Assembly: GCA_964106915.2 (NCBI GenBank)
Contig: OZ066915.1
DNA from: Podarcis gaigeae
Taxonomy: Eukaryota
Reading direction: 5' to 3' (one strand)
DNA length: 64,000 nucleotides
The notes beneath the pieces were generated by a model. That model saw only the letters and a program-made list of their open reading frames with translations, was not told where the DNA came from and ran no database searches. Within the stretch, counting starts at the first letter, position 1; every line of letters begins with the position of its first letter. Position numbers and translations under genes: made by a program. Positions 39,218-51,600 of this stretch are shown piece by piece.

Positions 39218-40446
39218 CTTGCCGACGTGGGGATCCAGGGCACAGTCCTTCAATGGCTGCGTTCGTTTCTCTCTGGTCGGGGACAGAGGGTGGCGCTTGG
39301 GGGGAATTGTCATCCCGCCACTCCTTGGTGTGTGGTGTGCCCCAGGGTGCAATACTCTCCCCGATGCTTTTTAAAATCTTTATGCGCCCCCTCGCCCAGC
39401 TTGTCCGGAGTTTTGGGCTGGGCTGCCATCAGTATGCTGATGACACCCAACTCTATCTGTTGATGGACGGCCACCCTGACTCGGCCTCAGACACACTGAT
39501 CAGATGCTTGGAGGCTGTGGCTGGATGGTTACGTGGGAGCCGGTTGAAGTTAAATCCTTCGAAGACAGAGGTCCTCTGGCTGGGATGGGACGACATGGGA
39601 CTGAGGGGGCAACTCCCATCTCTTGCGGGGGTGCAATTAGTGCCAGCACCGTCCGTTAAGAGTTTGGGTGTAATCTTCGATACCTCCCTCTCCATGGAGG
39701 CGCAGATTGCAGCTATAACAAAGGCGGCATTTTTTCATCTCCGCCAAGCTAAGCAGTTGGCTCCTTACCTCTCTCGCCCTGACCTAGCCACTGTGATCCA
39801 TGCGACGGTCACCTCCAGACTGGATTATTGTAACTCGCTCTACGTGGGGCTGCCCTTGAGACTGACCCAGAAACTCCAGCGGGGGCAAAATGCCGCAGCG
39901 AGACTCCTTACGGGGTCTTCGCTTAGAGATCACATTCATCCGGTGCTATACCAGCTGCACTGGCTCCCGGTGGAGTACAGGATCAGGTTTAAGGTGCTGG
40001 TTTTAACCTTCAAAGCCCTATACGGCCTAGGGCCCTCGTACCTACGGGACCGCCTCTCCTGGTATGCCCCACAGAGGAACTTACGATCTTCAAATAAAAA
40101 CACCTTGAAGGTCCCAAGCCACAGAGAGGTTAGGCTGGCCTCAACTAGAGCCAGGGCTTTTTCGGCTGCGACTCCAACCTGGTGGAACGCTCTGTCACAA
40201 GAGACAAGGGCCCTGCAGGACTTGACATCTTTCCGCAGGGCCTGCAAGACAGAGCTGTTCCACCTGGCCTTTGGTCAGGGCGCAGCCTGACTCCCTCCTT
40301 TGGCAATCTTTACAAAACTTTAGTTTATGGTTGCCATCAATTTTGATTTTAATTCATTTTTATAATGTTTTATAATGTTGTACTGTTTTAGTGTTGTTAG
40401 CCGCCCTGAGCCCGGCTTCGGCTGGGGAGGGCGGGATATAAATAAA

Positions 40447-40490
<44 letters not shown>
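39218..40490 (+). mobile_element. Young 5'-truncated L2 LINE (RT C-terminal ORF 39253-40290, 3' UTR, (TTA)n tail)
   Basis: GVPQGAILSP, YADDTQLY, LKLNPSKTE, SRLDYCNSLY, QNAAAR and LHWLP motifs uninterrupted over ~330 codons. Short TSD TATAGC. One apparent 1-bp frameshift in the G-run near 39299-39304. Confidence 0.95.
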
Positions 40491-40492
<2 letters not shown>

Positions 40493-41674
40493 GCTTCAAA
40501 ATAACCCCGCCAGTTCTTTGGCTGAAAGCTTCTAGTCAGTTTTATGGAGTGACAAGAAGTTCTAGTCAATCTCTCTCTGTCTACTTTCTGCTTCCATCCA
40601 CAATCTTATAAACATCTTTTGTGGCCCCCTCACACTTCTATTGGCTAAACCACTAAGGGAAGTAGGATTTCAGCATCTCCCTCATGTTTAGTCCAATCGT
40701 TACAAATGTTTTTTAAAACATGTGTCACTACTGAATTGTCATCTGCCCCATGGTGTGGAGACAACAGCTTTATCTGCAGAAATAGACAGGTGGAGTTTTC
40801 ACGGCATGGAGAGAAGCTGGAACACCTGCTAAGGCTTGCAGATCAGATTGATAGCACAAAATTGTGAATCAAGGGAACAATTACGTGAACGGCTTTTTTT
40901 TTGTCAAATCCATTTTGGCAGTTGATGAAAAGAAGTTACATTTTTCTGTCTTATATTCCTTTAAATCCCTGCAATAATATCATAACGCATACAAAGAACA
41001 GTCATATGTAGTTCTTTTAGCTTTGGTAGTGATTAGTTCCAAAATCAACAGTATTAAATCTCAAATGCACACAGTGTATTTATAGTGATTCTATTTACAT
41101 GTTCTTTTGTGGCTTTGAATCCAGACTCGCCTCTGGTTTTTACATCTGTCTCTGTCTGTATCAATATTTCTCAAAATGGGAGTGGAGGGGGGGGGGGTAC
41201 ATTTATAACACACACATGCAGGATCTAGTCCAACACAATTGTCCAGGCACAAATATAAGGGTTATTTTAAAAGAAAAGGATGAGTTCCAATTGAAAGGCA
41301 CTGTGTACATGTAGTACAATTGCTTCAAGCAACTGTCTGCCTGGTGGCTTTCATGAGAGGATGGAACTGATTGTGCAGAGTTCAGTGGAAACCTCTTTTC
41401 TGCTTAGAAAGGGTAGCTTTCCCCTGCCATTTAGTTTTGGTTTCAAGGCTCTGTGTTCATTATACTGGCCTCAGGAGTAGTGCTTTTAGCTGTTATTTTG
41501 AAACTGTGCCTGCCACTTTGAAACCCTATCACATGGCCAAATGACATTGCTTGCCTAAGTTGATGAGCCCTTTAAAACATCAGACAAAATGTATAACTTT
41601 TGTGCATGGATTCTGTGCCACCTTCCAGTTTATCTATCGCAGAAGGATGAATATAAAGAAAAAGTGTAGCACTT

Positions 41675-41830
41675 GGAGCATAAAGCTGTTTTAAACTGAG
41701 TCAGACCTTTGATCCATATAGAGCAATATTATCTACACTGACTGGCGATGACACTCCTAAATTTCAGGCTGATGTCTCTCCCAGCCTAACGTGGAAATGC
41801 AGAAATTAAACTTGAAAGATTTTCAACCAA
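41675..41830 (-). mobile_element. tRNA-derived SINE (Squam2-like), degraded
   Basis: aagctgttttaaactgagtcagacctttgatccat..atctacactgactggc..tttcaggc..tcccagcc. Confidence 0.55.
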
Positions 41831-41970
41831 GCCGGTGTTGGTGGAGGCATTGGGCAAATGAACAGGTGGCTGTGACTCTCTGCATGCATGTGTGAAAGTG
41901 GGTGTGAAGCTGGTCAAGACCCACGATTAGAGAGCGGGGGACATAATAAGCTCTAGGTCCACGGCTGAAA

Positions 41971-42336
41971 AGGGACGCAGCTGGCGCTGTGGGTTAAAGC
42001 CTCAGCGCCTAGGACTTGCCGATCGAAAGGTCGGCGGTTCGAATCCCTGCGGCGGGGTGCGCTCCCGCTGCTCGGTCCCAGCGCCTGCCAACCTAGCAGT
42101 TCGAAAGCACCTCCGGGTGCAAGTAGATAAATAGGGACCGCTTACCAGCGGGAAGGTAAACGGCGTTTCCGTGTGCGGCTCTGGCTCGCCAGAGCAGCGA
42201 TGTCACGCTGGCCACGTGACCCGGAAGTGTCTCCGGACAGCGCTGGCCCCTGGCCTCTTGAGTGAGATGGGCGCACAACCCCAGAGTCTGTCAAGACTGG
42301 CCCGTACGGGCAGGGGTACCTTTACCTTTACCTTTA
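41971..42336 (+). mobile_element. Full-length, young Sauria SINE
   Basis: GGGACGC..TGGCGCTGTGG (A box)..GGTTCGAATCC (B box)..(ACCTTT)3. Perfect 12-bp TSD CCACGGCTGAAA. CpGs retained. Confidence 0.95.
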
Positions 42337-43912
42337 CCACGGCTGAAATCTTAGCTCAGCCTTGAGCTCATAGGATGGCCGCTATCCTCAACTCCTCACC
42401 ACTTCCCCAGCCATAGCTGGAGGATAATAATGCTGGTCAACCTCATAGGACAGATTTAGGATAACTGAAATAATTGAAATGCTTTAATCACGTAGAAAAT
42501 AAATCCTATATATGTATGCTTTTGATGTGGGCCAATGACTATAAAAATGGATAATGTAAACACAATAATGTCCTGAGGAACATCATAGCAGATTTCTCTT
42601 ATAGAATTTCTTATAGAATTTCTCTTATAGAAATTCATCACATTGTACTGGGAATGAAAAAAAAAAGGAAAAGGAAGGCTTAATAATTGGTATGTTAGAG
42701 TGAAAGCAAGAGAAAGAAATTCAGTGGTAGAATACAAGACCTTTACCATCAAAAAACTGAGATGGCTCTTTGAGAATCTCTCTGTGTTATCTCCCTTGAC
42801 AGAATTTAATGCTCCAAAGTAGTTTCCATTGACACAAGTCACTTGAATCCCAAAACTTAGATTTCCTGAGATTTTTCTTTTCTTTTCTACTTGGCACGCC
42901 ACTGTGAGTATGTGGGAGACAGTCTGACGTAGACCAAGGCAGGGAAAACGCCAATGAGATGTAATGTCTGCTTCAGTCTGAGTGTGAAAAGATTTCTCAA
43001 GCCATGCAGATGTGTAGACTTTACTGGAGTGTTCACTTTCTTTATACCTAATTACGTTTCCGTCCTGCTCTCCCAGTCTCCTTCCAGCCAGCTCAGGGAG
43101 CCCTTAAGCCAGCGCAGGTGCATACAGGACTTCCTGCACTAGTGTTACACTCTCTTACTGGGTTTAGTGGCAGCATTACACACATTCTGGTACAGATGCT
43201 GAGAAGACTTGACCCCAGGACCAGCGGTTTTTCTCCAGCTCATGTCAGATTTCCTGGAGGTGGGGTTGATCCCTCTTACATGCAGTCCCCCATTGACACA
43301 AGATCCTTTTCCTACCAGAAAAAACCCAAAACACTTCCGTGGAGGAAATTGCACAAATCCCATGTGTGGTTCATCGCAAGTGATGGATGTGTGTGTCTGC
43401 TTTGCTGAGCGCGCACACTTGGTGGGAAGCCACAGTTGGCAATGGTTTCCCACCACGCCTACATGCTGTGGCAAAAGAGATCTGACGCATATGTCGAAGT
43501 ACACTAAAGGTCTGTACTACTTTCCATATGGCAGAGATTTCCCCCGAAGAAATTCTGATTTGCACAAAAGTATTATTTTCATTTATTAATCGTCTCAAAG
43601 CAATTTCACAAACACAATAGAAACATACACGAAACAAAATTTCAAATCCAATCCAGATACCAAATGGGATCTGAAATGACCGTCAGGATAATTTATACTG
43701 AAATAAGCAATTGTGGTTACTCTATCCACACTATTGCATCCTTCTGCATCCCATTAGGAGATGTCACAAGACTATGCAACGGAATATGATTCTTCCTCTC
43801 TCTGCAGAAGCATTGGTATTGGAAGACCCTGTACCAAAAGCCAATTTTCAATCATCCAACCACCATTTTGAAGTCACTGCAATATACAAATTTACCCTCA
43901 ATCTCTCTAAAA

Positions 43913-44048
43913 CAGGCTTCCTCAACCTTGGCCCTCCAGATGTTTCGAGACTACAATTCCCATCATCCCTGACCACTGGTCCTGCTAGCTAGGGATCATG
44001 GGAGTTGTAGGCCAAAAACATCTGGAGGGCCGAGGCTGAGGAAGCCTG
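43913..44048. mobile_element. 136-bp palindromic hAT (Charlie-like) MITE
   Basis: TIR CAGGCTTCCTCA / TGAGGAAGCCTG. Perfect 8-bp TSD CTCTAAAA. Confidence 0.9.
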
Positions 44049-44369
44049 CTCTAAAATAACCAGTGCATTTCATTGTTTTTCTAAGGTCTGGTATCTGTTT
44101 ATTTCTTTCTGCTAAATGTTGTTTGAGACTGTGAAACCCTAGCCTGTTTGCAGCACAAAAATGAAGTTTTCTCTCAATCTGGATTCATGCTCAATGTGCT
44201 GCTTTCAGTCCAGATTGATTCTAGATCCTGCCATGAACAAGCCTGGATGTGGTCACTTGAAACTATTCAAAAGCTCTCCCCTTGATTAGGTTATCCATGC
44301 CTTTTCCTCACTGCACATGCCCCAGATGAATGAAGAAGGAACTGGTGTTAGCAATCTTGCCAGAGGGCT

Positions 44370-44603
44370 GCCTTGGTTTCTGAACATCTCAGAAGTCGAA
44401 CGTTTCAGTTTTCAAATGCCAAAAAACCAGAAGTAAATGCTCCCATTTTCGAATGCACCTCGAAAGTCGAATGGCTACAGCTGAATGTTTCTCAGTTCCC
44501 TCAATTACATTTGCAGGCCACCTTTTGCACCTTGGTTTTTGAACGTTTCGGAAGTCGAACAGTCTTCCGGAACAGATTACATTTGAAAACCAAGGTGCCA
44601 CTG
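44370..44603. mobile_element. Tc1/mariner MITE family A, left end eroded
   Basis: Collinear with 1381-1619; right TIR GAAAACCAAGGTGCCACTG + TA. Confidence 0.75.
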
Positions 44604-47031
44604 TATATGCCCACCACAACACCATTGGACAGCCCTTATTGTTTGGACCACACCATAGGGTAATGGAATTAATCTGCAACAAGCTTTATTTTTGGAACGA
44701 AACCTATGTCTCAAGAAGCACTTTTCAGGGGCAACAAATATGCAATAGATCAAGATTTGCATGGACTACATAGGGGAAAAAAACCATACTGAGTCTTCAC
44801 TGATTCTAAAATGGAATATTGTATCTACACAGCCTGAAATGCATTTGTTTCTAAAGCTTCCTTTCAACACCCATATAGGGAAATATTTGCATTTCAAATC
44901 CATTTCTTCTAGGAGTTCAGGTCTTCTTGCTGTATTTTGTTTGGTGTTGTGCATGCAGATATTGTCTTGATCAAACCTGGGTTTCTGTAAACAAGATGTA
45001 ATGTGAACTACAGTAGAGTAAGCAGAGAGCATTTAGAAAATGAATTTTCACATAGTATGCTCAGTTGTGGATGTATGGATTTTACACCAGTGAGCTAGTC
45101 ACAAATACCAGACAGATACTTGCCCACAGTTTACTTTACAAATCAGTGACTTTTCTGAGATTTGTGCAACTTGCACAATATTTAATTCTAAAGTGGTTCC
45201 TGCAGATCTGCAGTTTAGTAATATTTGCCTCTGAAATTACATGAATTGCCTGCATCTATTGCATGTGTGTATCTCTGACACCCAAGGGGTGTGTTTAGCC
45301 TAATAACTATAATTTAAATTCTTATTCATTGAGTTAAAATCATTACAAAGCCATGATCAAGTTTCAAAAGCAAAGCAAATTGCAAATTATGCAATTGTGT
45401 AATTGTAACCTGGAAGCAATTCTTTCTTCCTAGTGGCACAGTCAAGGGATCCATGCATTGCAAAGAGTGGTTTCAGATGTGGGCTTATTGTGGAATTGGT
45501 GCTTCACATGCATCCAAGGGCTTCACAGTGTCCACACAATGCCATTAACATTTGATCCAGATTTACCCTTTCCATGGAAAATCTGATGAGTTCGCTTATA
45601 AAATGTTGCCATTTGTGAAGAACCCATTTGCAGTATTAAGCCTTCATTTGGAAGCACCCAGAATCAGTCAGTCTGTATACAATCTTTCCTTAAATTTGGG
45701 GCAATGTGGTGCAATCCTATGCTTGTTTACTGTCAAGTAATTCCTATTGAGCTCAATGGGACTTACAAGTAAATGTGTATAACGCTGCAGCCTTGGTTAC
45801 TTTCCTCTTGGAAATTTAAACAAAGCAAAACAAATGGAAACGGTGTCATCTGACAAAACATATAAAGCCTGGAGTGTGATTCCAAGCTCATTCTGTTTTA
45901 AACACAGCATGCAATTATTTTGGGTTGCTAGGAGAATATTGTTGAGCCCTGAGGCTAAAGGCAGTCTTGGTAAAGGCAGGTGCAACTTTGCTGAAATTTT
46001 CTAGGAATTGTTCTTTCTTTTTTGTTCATAAATACCAGGTTGTAATTTCAGCAGCAAAGCTCTTGATCATTGATAGGGGGATTCAATAATTCATGGGACT
46101 GTTTCCGCTGTTAGATAGTTAGGCATTTGATTTATGAGTTTTAATATCACTTACAATGGAAATATTATTTTCCTTGAATTATGCACTGACTGGTTTCAAT
46201 CTGTGTTTGCTGGACACTGCATGGCAAGTTCTGGAATATGCACGGAATTTCATTCCAGTTCACAACTCCCCCCCCCCCACCCAATGTGTTTCAAATATTG
46301 ATACATAATTGCAAATAAAGCCAACTGGAGTGATATTGTTCAGGTTGAAATGAGACCAATGTGTTGTTGCAAGATGGAACAAACAAGAACACCCAAAACA
46401 TTCTAAGAAATCATTGTGTGCATTTGAGGGGCATGCTTGAATTAGATTGGGATAGAGAATACAGAATACCATTAGGATTTAAAAACATATATGATAGAAA
46501 GTGAACAATCTAGAGAACTACAAACAGAATCACATGCAGTTTTGGTCTATTGCCCCAGAAATTTCTTTTTTCTTCCAAAAGACTTGCAAAAGCCTGGAGT
46601 TTATCCATTTGAGCACAGTCCCCCTGAAAAGAAACTCTAAGCATGTGTTTTAAAACTTTCTCAATGAAATAATTTTTTTAAAAACTTTTATTCAGTCATG
46701 CCTATCATCAATCATCATCATCATCATCTGCCCTCACCAGAATGTCCTGTGGGATATCTAAGTATATTATTGTAATTAAATAAGCAATTTAAAACATTCG
46801 CTCTGTAGTTTTACAATCAAACAATAATAGTATTTAAGACTACACAAGAACTTTAAATCATGAGCAACCAGATAGTCTATATGAAAACCATTATGTTCAT
46901 CAGGAAAATGTGTATTTAATTTTAATGAATAACAAACAAACAAAATTCTGCTGCTAAATAAATAATGGCCAAATTGGGATGGTCGTGGAAAGTGTTTGGT
47001 CTCTGAAACCAGTTTGGGTTCAGAACTAGTA

Positions 47032-47034
<3 letters not shown>

Positions 47035-47066
<32 letters not shown>
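47035..47066. repeat. (AC)n microsatellite
   Basis: Direct reading. Confidence 0.95.
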
Positions 47067-47070
<4 letters not shown>

Positions 47071-47330
47071 AGACCATAGGTTGGTGGAAAGAGTCTGATA
47101 TTGCCAGTAGAGTTCAGTGCTCACCAATGCATATTTATGGGTCTAAGAGAATTTAAAAAAGCCTACCAAGCAGAGCCAGTCTTTGCATAAACAATCTGCC
47201 CTAGAACCAGGGGAATAAAAGACAGACTAAAGCACATCTGACAAGGTGTTAGCAACACTGCATAATGCACTGCTCACATACACTAGGGGAGATGGCAAAA
47301 GAACCAGTATACCTTACATAACTGTGTATA

Positions 47331-47459
47331 GTTACAGATAGGTAGCCGTGTTGGTCTGCCATAGTCAAAACAAAAAAAATCCTTCCAGTAGCACCTTAAA
47401 GACCAACTAAGTTAGTTCTTGGTATGAGCTTTCGTGTGCATGCACACTTCTTCAGATAC
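47331..47459 (-). mobile_element. Penelope-like element terminal (pLTR) fragment, copy 1
   Basis: ggtagccgtgttggtctg..gtagcaccttaaagaccaac..gagctttcgtg..cacttcttcagatac is typical of reptile PLE termini. 9-bp TSD CTGTGTATA (47322-47330 / 47460-47468). Second copy at 63368. Confidence 0.85.
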
Positions 47460-47460
47460 C
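47421..47460 (-). ncRNA. Minimal type-I hammerhead ribozyme motif (putative)
   Basis: GGUAU-CUGAAGA-A-GUGUGCAUGCACAC-GAA-AGCU-C-AUACC: conserved core, palindromic stem II, palindromic AGCU at stem III, and 5-bp stem I (one base contributed by the flank). Confidence 0.7.
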
Positions 47461-48695
47461 TGTGTATATATTCAGATGTTATTGAAATGTAAGCTTCTTT
47501 CATGTGAATCAGTTGTCGGGCAACAACACCTGTCATCCCCAGCCATGTGGACAGAACTGGTGAAAGTTGGAGTCCAAAAATGCAACTGATGTGCCAGAGG
47601 TTCACAATGCCCAATTTATATTCTCTTGATAGTAAGACAGAAGTCTACCTACATGCAAGGTTACCTGCCAGAGCAATGGTTTTTAATGGCTGCTGAATGT
47701 GTATCAGTTGCCATGAACTTCCCTAAGAAAGCCAAATTTTATGTAACTCGCCCTTTGCAAAACTCTCCCTAGCTGACAGGTTCTGTGGCGTTAATGCTCA
47801 GACCAACCTGAAGCAGAGGGTCAGGCTAAAGTGGTCTAAAGCAGTTGAACTGACAGGGAGCAAGTGGAACTGGACAGTCAGAGCAACATTTCTTCATTCC
47901 CAGTGAAAATTTGTGCTGTGTTTTTGCTGTTACTAATCCCTCAAGTTAAATTCTGGCCACCATGCTAAAAAGGTCTGGTTTTTTAGGGACAGGAAAGATC
48001 TGCTGATTCCTTCTTTCCCTCCCTCCCTCCCTCCCTCCTTCCTTCCTTCCTTCCTTCCTTCTCCAGAAACAGACCAGAGGTCAGTGTGCTTCTCTTCTGG
48101 ATTTGAAGCATTTTGTATGAACCATGACTGGCAATGAGACGAATGGAGTATGTGAAGACCTTACCAGGGGGAAAAAATTAAGCAGTAAATTATTATTTTT
48201 AAAAAGCAACAATCAATAATACACAGCAAAATTTTTGGAGTAGCTATTCTTATTTGCAGGTTGAGAAGGAATTCTACTGAAAATTAAAGTCAGCTGAAAA
48301 GAAAATTACTAGCAGTTGCTAGGATGTATGGAGAAAACATTTGCATAGATGGGGTTTGAAAGTGTTTCAGGAACAGTTAACAAGCTTTATCTCACCAGCA
48401 CTGAGGCACCCAGCTAACAATGGCTCAAGATCATTTATAGGTTGTGTTGCCACTTTGATTTCTGGCATGGCTGATGTGCCTTTGACAGTTGTGTGACAGG
48501 CAGCACTTTCAGTGGGGCAGGCTTTACCCAGCATGTGAAAACAACCTTCTGTGCACCCACTCACCTCAAATAGGGAATCTGTGGACCTCTGGATATTGTT
48601 GGACTAAATTTCCCATCATCCCAGAACATTGTCCAGTCTGCTTAGGGCTGATGGGAGGTGGAGTTCAACCAACACATGGAGGGGTTCAATGAGTA

Positions 48696-48937
48696 CAGTG
48701 GTACCTCGGGTTACAGATGCTTCAGGTTACAGATGCTTCAGGTTACAGACTCCATTAACCCAGAAATAGTACCTTGGGTTAAGAACTTTGCTTCAGGATG
48801 AGAACAGAAATCGCGCAGTGGCGGCGCAGTGGCAGTGGGAGGCCCCATCAGCTAAAGTGGTACCTCAGGTTAAGAACAGTTTCAGGTTAAGAACAGACCT
48901 CCAGAGTGAATTAAGTTCTTAATCTCAGGTACCACTG
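48696..48937 (-). mobile_element. Tc1/mariner MITE family B
   Basis: TA + CAGTGGTACCTCGGGTTA..AGGTACCACTG; collinear with 16565-16798. Confidence 0.85.
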
Positions 48938-51600
48938 TGTTCCCAGCAGAATGTCCTAGAATTCACTCCTATAAGATTTAAACTCTTCAGGTTTTCCTTA
49001 AAGCCTGCAGAAGAGGAAAACGCCATGTATATTGTGAAAGGTAAAATGATCTAGCTTTCTAACTAGCACTTCCTGACCTGATTTGAGAAAATAAATCTAT
49101 GGAACCACCAAACACCTCAAATGAAGGCAGATTTAGCAAAGGCCATGCTGTCTGTCAAGTTAATTTTTAATAAGGAGCGAAACTAGAGCTAGCAAAGTTG
49201 TTTAAGAGTATAATAATTATGCATCTAGGTGCCAGTGAATGTCAACCTGTGGTTTAATAAAAGTTCACTGGATGACCTCATAGTCTGACATTTGGAGAAA
49301 GTGAGAGTATCCTCTCTCAATCCACTCTTTGAGATATTTGTAAGATTTTCTCAGGTTGCCCTATACTTCTGAAAAGAGAGATATGATAACTGACTGTTCA
49401 CACATAGAGTGGGGCCTTTTCACTAGTGTCACCAAAACAGAGAAGCAAATGGCCACATTATTGCATTCTGCTTCATACCTCATTGAACCTGCCTTTAAAA
49501 GAGCATTTCAAAGAAAGTTGACAGAATTGCTGATCTTTATTTCTGTTTAGTTTGATGTACTTTTTCAGTCTGCTGATTTTTAGAATTTTTTTTCTCTAAA
49601 AATGGTTTTGATGTTGTTGTAGGTAGAGGTTTGTGGGTTTTTCTTTTTGGTATCAGGTTTTTAAAAGCCAATTTTAATTCTTAGTATTTTATTTTAGCCA
49701 TTTCAAATAAAAAGAGTTTATGGACACTGAAATGTACAGAGAGCATGGACAGGGACAAATTATTTACTCTCTCTCTCTCTCTCTCTCTCTCTCAGAATAT
49801 TGGAACTTGAAGTCATTCACTGAAAGACTGATTGGAAGTAGAGTCAAGAAAAGAAGAAGCATTTATTCACAAGAGGCTTACAATAATTAACTCATGGAAT
49901 TCATTGCTGCAAGATGTGGTGGTGATGCCTGCTACCTTAGAAAACTTGAAAAGGCAACCAAGTAAACAGACTAGAAAGCAGAATGTTTTTTTTTTCTCTT
50001 GCAGACCAGTGTGATCCTCTATTTAAATGAATCCAAGAACTCCCTCATTTCCTTTTACTTACGATGAGAGTTGTGGACTGACTCAGGAAAGCTGTCCTTT
50101 CCTTTCCTCTGATTTCTTCCAGCCTCTAACTGACTGAGCGCAGTATAACCTCATTCATTTATCCAAATGGACAGTGGGACAGCCAAAACACAAAACTTTA
50201 AAAACATTAACAGCACAATCCTACACATGTTTACACAGAAACAAGTCTCACTGTGCTTACCAGGACTTTCCCCCTGGTAAACATAATTCAGAATGTGTCT
50301 ACAATTTATTTAATTGTTTAAAGCATTTTTTTTACCCTGTGACTCAGCCAAAAAAATATTCCTGGGGTTGTTTACAAATGAGTTAAAAAACCAACAACCA
50401 AAAGACACCCCCTGTTGAGGCTTACAATTTGGTAAATCTAGTTGAATCAAGAAGACACATATATTGCCAGAGGAGCAGCAATTTCATAAAGAATTTGGAA
50501 GTAAGACACACGGCTGTTTTGTCATGGAAGTCAAACACGGTGTATTTAAAGTTTTGAGGGGGGAGGAGATAAGAGGAAGCCACCACTATAAATAAAATTC
50601 AGATTTCACGCCATTAATTGTCCCAAACAGAAAGAAACAAAGGGAAGCCAGTGGGAAATAAACAGTTCCATTAGATCAAAGAGAGTTCTGCTGAAACTTC
50701 TTCGAGGCAAAAGGATTTCTTCCCCCACCTTCCCTATAGCGAAGCACGAGATCATGAGAAGCCTAGTTGGCATGAAATATTGGCATCGTGTTCCTGTAAT
50801 TAACTACAGCTCAGTCTTCCAAACATAACAAACAGAACCCCAGGAACGGTAAGAGAGATATTATATTTGGAGCAAAGTTTGGCCCTGGTGATATTTCTTT
50901 CCTATTGGAGTCACGCCAAGGTTAATCTGCCATAATTGTTCCTATCTCCAGATTCCTTTTTAATAAATAAAGCAGGCAGCCCTGGAGTTGTTGATACAAC
51001 TCTTGCATTAACAACCGCAGAGCACGACTCTATCAGATCTCATTCTTTCTGGATTAAGCAGTGGGTTACCGAATTACTCCATCACTGTAATTGTATTTTG
51101 CAGGAAGCTCGCAAAAAACTCCGTGATCATTTCCCCTTTGAGAACACTTATTAGTCATAGCATTTGGAGGATTGAATGGATATAATTCAACCCACAGGAA
51201 CCACCAACAATATAAATCTATGGCAAGACTGCACAGACAGCAAGTTTTCAAGTTTTGATTTTTACTAGAACCCCAAAGTTCAAAAAGCAGAGTCGGGGCA
51301 CAATGGTAATGGGCCCGAGGGAAGAGGCAGAAGTAAAATGTTGGTTCTAGGGGTAGAGCCAATTACATTCTATACCCCAGATCAGACATACACTGGCATG
51401 TCCTGCATCTTCAAATCCTACTGAGTTATTACTGCTCAGAAAGGCCAATAGTTGTAGCTTGATTATCCAGCTCAGTCATCATTAATTCTAATATGAATGG
51501 TAATAATGTGCACCTTGATTTTTATTTTTTTGCAGGCATTTTACTGCTGAAAACATGGCATCTCTGAAAAACAGGTGAGCACTGAGTTTACACAATAGTA

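Noticed and set aside
39253-40290. 345-aa ORF as a host gene
   Set aside because: It is the reverse-transcriptase C-terminal part of a 5'-truncated L2 element.
42591-42636. Short tandem ATTTC(TC)TTATAGA x3 (similar small repeats at ~22640-22690)
   Set aside because: Ordinary slippage duplications with no further structure.
43118-43637. Cluster of overlapping 88-126 aa ORFs, considered as a possible viral or retrogene insertion
   Set aside because: No recognisable motifs, poly(A) tail or TSD.
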